Both the position numbers and the translations under genes were made by a program. DNA of 64,000 nucleotides, taken from Octopus vulgaris. Its lineage: Eukaryota. The notes below the pieces were generated by a model, which saw only the letters and a program-made list of their open reading frames with translations, was not told the DNA's origin and did not search any database. Each line of letters begins with the position of its first letter. The stretch's first letter is position 1. Of this stretch, positions 54,333-64,000 are shown piece by piece. The stretch spans positions 146,134,001-146,198,000 of the forward strand of contig OX597818.1 of NCBI GenBank assembly GCA_951406725.2, in the 5' to 3' direction.

Positions 54333-54730
54333 TTATCTTTCTCTTGTTTCAGTCATTGGTGTATGGCCATGATAGAGCACTTCTGTGAAGGGATCGAACA
54401 AATTGCCCCTGGTAGTTATTTTTAAATTTGGTGCAGTTGGTCTATTGGTCTTTTCGGCTGAACTGCACAAACCAATACCAGTTGTCAAGCGGTGGATGAG
54501 AACAAATGCAGCAATAAATATAAACACGCGCGCGCGCACATACACCCCCCCCCCACATACACACTCGAATATATATACAACGGACTTCCACACAATTTCC
54601 GCCTACCAAATTCGCTCGTACGGCATTGATTAACCTGGGGCCTTAGTAGAAGACACCCATGGTGTCGCAGTGTGGGACTGAACATTAAACCACGCGGTTG
54701 CAAAGCGAGGTTCTCAACCATTCGGCCATG
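54333..54730 (-). mobile_element. SINE family B, diverged
   Basis: Same head and body order as 25490-25860. Confidence 0.7.
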
Positions 54731-55314
54731 CATCAACTTACAAAACCTCACCGTTCAACACAACAACAGCATCGATTTCACCGATCCAATTGACACAGAT
54801 GACCTGATGGTCTGAAAATCTGATGAACATCCCCTTCTCTCTTAGTTATATGCAATACAACCGCTACATTTCATTTCACCCTCTACCTTTTAGGAATCGG
54901 GGAAGAAATAGAAGAATCAAAATATGCTATTATTTATGAATTTCTTCAAATCATAACAGAACCGTTAAATGAACAGAAATGGATCGATTACACCTATTCG
55001 AAAAACGAAATCAGTTCATGGATTCAGCTTCCTAGATACTTATCCTTAGTTTTCCATGCTACGGTGGGCGAACGACAATATATATTCTGTATAATGAACG
55101 TACATTTCTGTTCAAGCAGCAATTTTCCTCTAACCTTTTAGTCAAAGCAGGTTAGGTTACAAGGATAACAGCGTTAGCTGATATGCTTCACTGGATTAGT
55201 TGGAACAGACATGCGTAATCTGAAACTTATGTTTCTATTTAATATCATTATCTCTCAGCAATTCGCTTTGAAGGACAAGGCTTTGGCTATATTGACTAGA
55301 TATGTGCTTTATGG

Positions 55315-55374
<60 letters not shown>

Positions 55375-55859
55375 ATCGTTGCTGTTGTTGTTGTTGCTGC
55401 TGTTGTTATTGTTGCAGTTGTTATTGTCAATGTTGTTTGTTGTTGCTATGTTAGAAAACCTTATCCTATTATATCCATTATATAATGAGAGTAATATTGA
55501 CGATGATAGAATGATGTGTGTTACTGCTATCGATAGGTGTTGTAGCGGTAGTGGAGGTGACAGCAGTGGTTGTGGCGGCAGTGAATGAAGTCGTGGTGGT
55601 GGTGGCGGCGGCGGCGGCGGTGGTAGTGGCGGTGGTGGTGGTAATTGTGTTGACGATAGTATCGGTAATGATGTAATTTGCGTTGGTGTTACAAATAACA
55701 GTGGTATTATTGACGTTAATGGTGGTGGTGGTGGTGGTGGTGGTAGTGTTGTTGTTATTGGTGGTGGTGGTGGTGGTGGTGTTGATAGTTATAGTAATAT
55801 TAGTGGTAGTTTTAGCGACAATGGTAATAGTTAAAGCAGTGAGGATGGTAAGGCTGCAA

Positions 55860-55985
55860 ATTGGGTGAGTCTGCAGTGAGTTGGATAGAATGTTTTGCAG
55901 GGTTCGGCTCTCTGCGCTCTGAGTCCAAATCTCACCTAAGCTCACTTTTGCTTTTTATCTCTTCGAGGCCAATAAATGAAATACA
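55860..55985 (+). mobile_element. SINE family A, diverged
   Basis: ctctgagtccaaatctcacc..ttttgctttttatctcttcgagg. Confidence 0.5.
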
Positions 55986-57451
55986 TATCAAATACTGTAG
56001 TCGTTCCACATCCTCTCTCTTTATCCATCTCTCATCTCTCCCTCATAAATAAGAAATGCGGATTCATATGGCGGCCCCATCGATACTTTTGTCACTAGTC
56101 ACTAAATGGATTCGACAAGAAGGAAAATTATGATAGTTATTGTTCTTGTTTTTCTTGTTCTTGATTAAGCCAAGGTGAAACGTGACCGAGCAGACATATA
56201 ATTAAAAGTATTTTCAACAAAACCATATTTGTTTTTCAGATATAACGTACCTAGAATTACATGATCTCTCGTACTTTAAGATGACGATGTGAATTGAGAG
56301 TGATTTAGCTGCTATTTAAAGACGTTCGTGTTACCAAGCAGAATTTCTGTGATTGTTGTGTACCAATTGTGCTGTACCAATTAGGGAGGCTGGTACTGTA
56401 TATGTTGTTTTACTTATTTGTGTGACCGCTCGAGTCAAGATTGTAGTCTGCGTTGTTCAGCCGAAGTCATAATTGATCGGCTAGTAATAAATCGATAACA
56501 GGTGTACAGTTGATCAAATAGTTACTAAACGTGGCCCATATATCAATTCTTCAACATATAACCTGCGCCTGTCTAATGAAGGACAATGCTGTATACTCTG
56601 ACATTCAGTGTTTTAATGTACGGAGCAGTTTGGAGTTGTGTTGGCCGTCTAGTGTCCATTTGTTTTTGTGCATCTATAGAGAATTGAAGAGCTTGTGGAC
56701 ATCGTTGACATGATGGAACACGACAGCTATCCTTCTATCTTATTTATATATTCATATGCACTATATATTATAGTAAATTATATCTATATATCTTTTATTT
56801 ACTCCTTGTGAGTGATATTGCTTGAATTAGATGGTGGATATCGCATTAAATTGCGGAATAATGTTGAGAAACGGAAATAAAGGCTAATGGTATTGACGGT
56901 TGCTGTGGTAATAGAATTGTTGGTGGAGTTAGTAATGTACATACATAAATTTACGTGCGTGTAGCTAGCTGGATAGATAGATAGATACGCAAACATTCAT
57001 GCACACACATACACACACACACCCAATTTATTTTTGGTATGGGAAGGATACGACAGACTGTTACAATGTGTTGTTTCTTAGAGATAACAACAAATGGCGC
57101 AGTTATGAGTTAGATGAATGAGTATGCTGCAGTTTTGCAGGATATTTCTTTGCTCCCGAACATTCTTGATAAAACTAGAGAACGAAGTGGTTCCCTCTCA
57201 CTAGGTTTAAAGGATTATATATGGTGAAGACTTTTGCCGAGAATCTATCGTAGTTCCAAGGAATACAATTAGGTGAAATGAAAAGTACTTTATAAGCCAC
57301 TACAATGGAAAGGGTGTATCCTCTCAACGGAGAAGTGGACTGTGGATTGCTTTTGGCACGTGCAGATTGATGCCTAGGTAGGTACGGTTTCTACAATTGA
57401 AAAATTATTTATTTATCCATTTATCCATCTGTATGTATGTATGTATGTATG

Positions 57452-57482
<31 letters not shown>

Positions 57483-57679
57483 GTATCTATCTATCTATTT
57501 GTGTATATGTATATATGTCTCCAAGTAATTTTAAGCTCTGGGCAAACGGCTATTATAAATAACAAATTAGACAATAGAACAAGAGAAATCAAGAGAAAAA
57601 GCAAGCTGGAGGTAGGTTCAAAAAGTGAAATGATAAAAAAAAAACGGAAAAAGAAAAAGGAAAAAGAAAGCAACAAAGA

Positions 57680-58360
57680 AAATGAATTAGGATTATGTCT
57701 CCTTTGATCGTTGAGTTGTAAGGCTAGATAGTGTAAAATCAACAGAAGGGATCTAAAGTTCGCGATACAGCTCCTTAATCCGGAGGGGATAGTGTTCTCC
57801 AAATTGTCAAAAGAAATTTGTTTAATGTTTACATTTGCTGAACATTTCTGATTGGAATTCAACAGTGCGGTGGAGTTCTTAGATTTAAAAAGAATATGCG
57901 ATCTTTCAGCTTCCCATTACTTGCATTATTTGGCCTATTAACATATAGCATGGACTTTTTTATGATGTTTCAACTAGATTGTATGTGGCGTGGCGTTTGT
58001 CCCCTAACCCCATATGTGGCTAGCCAACTTAGTGGCTCTGCATTTGTTCATGTACTGGAGGAGAAGATAGGGGCTTAGCAAAGCGACATTTGAAGTCGCG
58101 TTCGCATAACTCGATTTAAATCTTTTAGGCTTATCGTATAGCGTTGCTGTAACTTCTGCCTCATATATGCCGGAGTTTATCATACAACCTTGGTCGAGCG
58201 GACAAGCACCAGAGTCTCGAATGTAACAACTGGAGAAAAATTAACCTTTCCGGATTGAGCAGCTGTATCGCAGGCTTTTAGATCCTTTCTGTTGATTCTA
58301 CACTGCCTAGCTTTACGACTCCACGGCCAAAGGGAGCATAACCCGAATTCTTCTTATATT
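57680..58360. repeat. Diverged inverted repeat (57680-57790 vs 58245-58360)
   Basis: ccggatt..g.agctgtatcgc..ctttagatcc.ttctgttgatt.tacact..ctagc.ttac occurs on both strands. Confidence 0.75.
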
Positions 58361-59202
58361 CGTTTTTCCTTCTTTTCCTGTTTTTTTTTCACTATTCCAC
58401 TTTTTGAACCAACTTCACCTCGTTTTTTCTCGTGATTTCTCTTGCTCTGTTGTCCTGATTTGTGACTTGTATAGGCCAAGTGCACAAAGCCTGAAGATAC
58501 CTGGAGACACTAGGCTCTTTTTAAAATCTGACTAGATAATATATTCAATGCATGAAGCTATTAGTTGCTTATAACTATATACTGTGTACATTAATATTCA
58601 TCTTACACTAGATGGAGTACTTTTTTATTGATCTTTCTTTGGTAGAAAAGTAAGCTATTGCATATTTATATATGTGAGTGTATGTATGTATGTATGTATG
58701 TATGTATGTATGTATGTATGTACGTACGTACGTATGTATGTATGTATATATCCCTGACAAGCTTTATTCTTGTGAAGGGTTGGCGTTGACCTTTCTCTCA
58801 AAATTTGTGGTCTTTTGCCTACATTATAAATAATTGTTCCAAACTTCTAATAACAATAATAAATTCTGAAAAAATAATGAAGTGGCAGTTCAAAAGCAAA
58901 AATAAAATAAAATTTAGAAGATGGAGGTATAAAAATGATGATGCTTTGAATTTTAGATACATATTGTCCGTCAACGATTTCTAAGAAGCCTATTTAAATT
59001 TCAGCTGGAATTGTTTTATCAATTAGAATATTTTAATTAAGCATATCATCTTTTTCTAATCCGCTTTCAACAATTTTCTATAGCTGTTTCCATACATCTT
59101 TAAACCTGTCATTCAAGTATATAGTTGTATTTGTCCATTTGTTTAGCATTTAGGACTGATAAATCTATCGTCATTATGAGCGTGCTAGTTAATTGTTAAA
59201 TA

Positions 59203-59350
59203 GCGAGTGTGGCTGCGTAAAGTTGTTTGCTTCGTAACCACGAATTATCAGCTTCGATCCGACTGGCACATTGGGTAAACTCCCTTCTGTCATAGTCCAG
59301 GTTTGGGCAATGTCTTACGAAAGAAATTTGCTTTACGGAAATTTGTGTAA
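59203..59350 (+). mobile_element. SINE family B, diverged
   Basis: gagtgtggctgcgtaaagttgtttgcttcgtaaccac head. Confidence 0.6.
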
Positions 59351-59536
59351 TACATACAAACATATCCATAATCGTCTGCCCAACAAAATACATTTTATCG
59401 GACAAAAGATAATTGAGTAAATATGTATTTTATTCACTGTCTGCTTTTGTTTGAGTACTTTAATCTAAGTGTCCTGACATTTAAACTTTGAATATATGCC
59501 TATATATGAAAGAAAATAAGATGACAAAGCAATAAA

Positions 59537-59752
59537 CGATTATCTTCTGAACTTCATTAGCTTACGGTTGTTTTTGCCAAATGATTCAGTGGACTCGTAG
59601 TTGAGTGCTTCAGCAACATCTTATAGTTTCATCGGAGACTGTGCTTCATATTCGAGGCTCTGATGTAGCTATAAGGTGTAACTCAACTATGAGTCAATTG
59701 CATCTCATGTCAGAAACAGCTGTAAGCTAATGAAGTCCATAAAATAATCATT
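59537..59752. repeat. Imperfect fold-back with degenerate hammerhead-like cores on both strands
   Basis: cttcattagcttac/gtaagctaatgaag, gactcgtagttgagt/actcaactatgagtc and cttatagtttcatcggag/ctctgatgtagctataag pair up. Confidence 0.8.
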
Positions 59753-59828
59753 TACTCTTTCGGTTTTACACTAGGTCTCGCAATGCCTAAGGAAAATACA
59801 TACATACACACACACACACGCACACAAA

Positions 59829-59882
<54 letters not shown>

Positions 59883-59896
59883 CACACACACACATT

Positions 59897-60040
59897 TATA
59901 GTTGAAATTTACAGAAGAATAAAAGACGAAGACAGGTATATTAGTTTAACGCTCGGGAAGGTGAGAAAGTATCGAACTTCGCTCTTCAACAGAAAAGAAC
60001 ATGAGGAAATAAACAGACAGAGTATAAAGAAAACCTTTGG
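59897..60040 (-). mobile_element. Penelope pseudo-LTR-like unit related to 1358-1500
   Basis: aaaagacgaa.acaggt..tattagt....cgctc.gga..gctcttcaacagaa is shared with 1382-1490. Confidence 0.65.
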
Positions 60041-60052
60041 AGCAAGCGGTCA

Positions 60053-60143
<91 letters not shown>

Positions 60144-60160
60144 TTATATTTATATATATA

Positions 60161-60515
60161 GACGTGGATGTGTGACAAACAGCTTGCTTCCCAACACATG
60201 GTTCCGGGTTTAGTCTCAGTGCGTGACACCTCGGTGAAGTGTCTTCTGCTATTGCCCCGGGTAGACCAAAGCCTTGCGAGTGGATTTGATAGACTGAAAC
60301 CGAAAGAATCCTTATGCATGTATGTATGTATGTATGCATGTATGTATATTCATACATACAGATGTGTGTGTGTGATATGTGAGCGCGTGTGTGTATTTAT
60401 GTATGTGTCTGTGTTTACCCCATCACCACCGCTTGACAACCGGGGGTTGTGTTTACGCCCCCGTAACTTAACAGTTCAGAAAAAAGACACCGATAGACTA
60501 TGCACTAGCCTTAAA
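60161..60515 (+). mobile_element. SINE family B, near full-length
   Basis: cttgcttcccaacacatggttccgggtttagtc...gaccaaagccttgcgagtggatttg, internal microsatellite, tail ccgcttgacaaccg... Confidence 0.85.
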
Positions 60516-60861
60516 AGATGTCTGCAATTGATGAGCATAAAGGTTAGCGTTTACAGCATGACTTGTTCAAATCACCCAGTTTTTGAAGCCTGTCTGGAAC
60601 GAAGCCACTGAAAATAGATCCAGTTTTTCATTCGTCTTCAAAATAGGGCATCTCGACGATTTACCAAATATTCACACGTCGTTTGAGCTGGGTGAGTGGG
60701 TCATGAGGAGCCTTTCAGCAGTGTCTCAACAATGTTGAGCTTAGATGGTGCTTCGTGAAGGAGGGTGTTCTGCTGACAATGTACGACCGCTTCTGCATGG
60801 CTGTTGTCTCCTTGTCTTCGAAGCTGGTGTTACCTCTTTTGAAACATCTCTATGTAGATAG

Positions 60862-60962
<101 letters not shown>

Positions 60963-61614
60963 AAAATATACAGTTGAATCGATTTGTATACACATGTCCG
61001 TGTGTGTGTATGTGTGCATCTACCAGCATAATTGTATTTGAATGCAGATACGCATAAAAGTATGCACGTGACAAATTATCTATTTGCCTTTCTATCTGTT
61101 TCGCATTTCAAATGGAATAAATTTGTTACCATGGGAATTGAAAAAAAAAGGAATCCATGCTTTTCAATGCTAGGAAATAATTTCAATGCTAGTTATAACA
61201 GATTCATAAATATTCTTTAAATTTAATCTTTGTTATGAGAGTTGAGCAGATATCAATTCACTTTGTTTGACACATTCTAAGCGGATGAATGTTTTCAGCA
61301 TTTTACTTTACTTTTTACTTCTGTTTTAATTGGTTTTTGTCTTTTGTGTTTGTTTTCTAACTCAAATCTATGGAAATATATGTAACATGATTGAAGTTCC
61401 GCTTTACTAAGCACGTACGCGCACATACACACACAGATACACACACACATACATACACACATATATGTATGTATATGTGTATGTATATATACTATATATG
61501 TATATATTTATATTATATATATTATGTATGTATATATATATATATATATATATACATGTGTGTGTGTGTGTGTGTAGAAAGTTGAAAAGGAACACACGAG
61601 TTGATATGTATAAT

Positions 61615-61725
61615 GAAAATATGACAAGGTAGAAAATGCTAAAATGATTTTATCAAGAACATTTTAGTACCGGTTTCATTCTTTGCAACATTTTATTTTA
61701 GCATTTTCTACCTTGTCTTATTTTC
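61615..61725. repeat. Inverted repeat with 31-bp arms (30/31) and 49-bp spacer
   Basis: gaaaatatgacaaggtagaaaatgctaaaat / attttagcattttctaccttgtcttattttc. Confidence 0.9.
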
Positions 61726-61743
61726 CTTATATATATATATATA

Positions 61744-62145
61744 CTAGCAGTATCGCCCGGCGTTGCTCGGGTTTGTAAGGGAAATAACTATATAAGCATT
61801 TTTAGAGAGTTATAGCCAAAAAATAGCAAAAAAATGCATTAAAAATGGGAAAAAAATAATGGTAATTTTTTTTTTTAAATCCTTGACTCATCGTAGACAT
61901 TTTTAGAGAGTTACTTCCCTTATATAATAGTGAAAAAATGCATTAAAATGGAAAAAAATTATAGTAAATTTTTTTTTAAATCGTAGACTCATCGTAGACG
62001 CGCGCTAATACCCAGAAGGGCTCGATATGAATCACGACTATAAGATACCCGATTTTGTTTAAACTGCACCGCAAAATGTGGGAGTAGTTAGGAATCTAAA
62101 TCATAGGAGACAGACAGCACACAACCTCACTTTTATATATAAAGA
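61744..62145 (-). mobile_element. Non-autonomous Helitron, complete
   Basis: Minus strand begins TC(tttatatataaaag) and ends with a cccgagcaacgccggg hairpin, 8 nt, then CTAG. Inserted between A and T. Internal ~100-bp tandem duplication. Confidence 0.85.
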
Positions 62146-62755
62146 TATATATGTTGTGTCTGTATAGATAGATAACGGAACATCAACAACCCAGTCTCAG
62201 AGGGGTCTGCAAGGATCCTAGGTCTCCAACTCTTTCTGTAGCTAAGCAAATAAAAAAAATACACAGAATATATATATATAATCCTTTGTTTTGCCTGTAG
62301 AATCGTTAAGTCCTTCATAACAGCAAACCTGCTGAAAGCTTTATGTACAATCTGTTGAATGGGAAAAAAATTTGCAATATTTCCGTTTTAAATTAATTTT
62401 TTTTTTCTTTTCGGAAGTTTATATTTTTAATTTAGTTACGAAAGGTCGTTTGCCTGAAGTGTGTTTTTGTACCCTGGTAATTCTAAAGGCGAAATCCAAT
62501 ACGTTTCTGTGTATAATGTTATTGTATATATGTATATATATTACTAAACCTGTGTCGATAGACATCCACACGTGAATGTGTCTATATTTTCACCTTTGTT
62601 ATAGCTAGATGTTCACACACGTATTAACATACATACACGAAGCATAAACAATGTCATATATATACTTGGGCAATCTAATATAAATAATAGATGTATATAT
62701 ATATATATATATGCATATATGGGTACAGGACCTCACCAACTGTACACGCACGCAT

Positions 62756-62806
<51 letters not shown>

Positions 62807-62959
62807 CATACATTACATACGTACATACATACACGAAGCTTAAACAATGTCATATATATATACTTGCAAATATAATAGAAACAGTTTTTAAATTTTCACT
62901 CCATTCAGGTACCAATTCGTTTTCTTTATCGCTGTCGGATTCACTGTTTTCACTTTAAT

Positions 62960-63267
62960 AGCTGCAAACTTGCAAAGACAAAGGAGGAGAAGGGTGATAG
63001 CGTCAGTGAAACAGTTCGTTCCCTTTGTGTGTGTGTGCGTTTGCGTGTGGTGTAAACCACATTAAGAAGAGCATTTGACATACACACCAGAATGTGAATT
63101 TTCTGTAAATTTTGCTTAATTGGAGTTTAAATTTTAAAAACTGGACCTGGCATGACCCGATGCATTCTACTCTTAAAAATGCTAGGTAAATTGTAATTGA
63201 AGAAATCCTATATTGTAGATTTCTATAACTTACAAAGGGAGGCAGATAAAATCTGCCTTTTATAATA

Positions 63268-63270
<3 letters not shown>
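62960..63270 (-). mobile_element. Probable Helitron 5' fragment, second family
   Basis: Minus strand starts TCTTATTATAAAA at (TA)n, with a subterminal hairpin aggcagat-aaa-atctgcct. No 3' CTAG end found. Confidence 0.5.
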
Positions 63271-63320
<50 letters not shown>

Positions 63321-63429
63321 CATACATACAAACAAACACGCACACACATATATCTATGCATATGTATATATGCTATATATTTATGTATCATATATATATA
63401 CACATATACATATTCATATACTGTACATA

Positions 63430-64000
63430 CGTAGATAAAGCGATTTATTCACTTAGTGATATAATTACCGTTTCTTTTCAATATCTTCTGCCATCTTCTG
63501 AACAGATCCATTATTCCCTGCCCAAAGAATTTCTTGTCTTTTCTGACAACAATCTTTTCCATTTGATTTTTACATTCTCCTGAAATTTAAAGATCTGTGC
63601 ACTCAATGGATTTTGAAGACACCGAAATAAGCAGAAACCTGAAGGCACATGGTCGAGCGAATATGGAGGGTCTGCAAAGACGTATACGGTCTAGCATTGA
63701 TGTGATGATAAACAATGCCCTTACGATTAGGAAATACTGGACATTTCTTTTGGATCACAGCATTTAATTTCTCAAGCACGGCGCAGTAAACATCCCTGGG
63801 CAGAATTTCGCAAAAGAAAACATCCTTCCAATCTTACCAAATTCAAAGAATAACCATCTTCAGGTGAAGTCCTGCTTTGGAGATTGTTTGTGATGGTTCA
63901 CCGCTTCCCCCATGATCGCTAGCGCGATTGTTATAGACGATCCATTTTCGTCCCCAGTCACCATTCTCCTCAAATTAGGGGCTCGTTTCCTTCACGTTTC
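63430..64000 (-). mobile_element. mariner transposase relic (runs off window end)
   Basis: Minus translation RRMVTGDE..WIVYN, HHINARPYT, PPYSLDHVPSGFCLF (YSPDLAPSD motif). Confidence 0.85.

Noticed and set aside
55478-55945. Thr-rich mucin-like ORF
   Set aside because: Degenerate (GGT/GTA)n microsatellite plus SINE sequence, with no splice or domain evidence.

Overview
AT-rich, microsatellite-saturated eukaryotic non-genic DNA. The SINE families and repeat landscape strongly resemble an octopus/cephalopod genome (inference). No host protein-coding exon could be supported, and most listed ORFs are microsatellite or antisense artefacts. The window contains one full-length, young RTE-clade LINE (43016-46986, perfect 13-bp TSD, APE+RT, one 1-bp homopolymer frameshift). 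It also holds many decayed R4/Dong-type RLE LINE pieces in (TAA)n tracts, Penelope-like elements, mariner/Tc1, Tigger, Chapaev3-like and Helitron relics, two abundant tRNA-derived SINE families, and U1 and U6 snRNA retrocopies. The most notable hidden signal is a set of minimal hammerhead-ribozyme motifs in short (TA)n-anchored Penelope pseudo-LTR-like units, some with recurrent non-canonical cores (extra A, U3-A8 covariation, CUGUUGA). Other highlights are a pseudoknot-like fold at the RTE 5' end, a fixed-spacing GACGTCATC-N8-CCAAT array and a perfect 236-bp palindrome. All calls come from reading the sequence by eye; boundaries of decayed elements are approximate.
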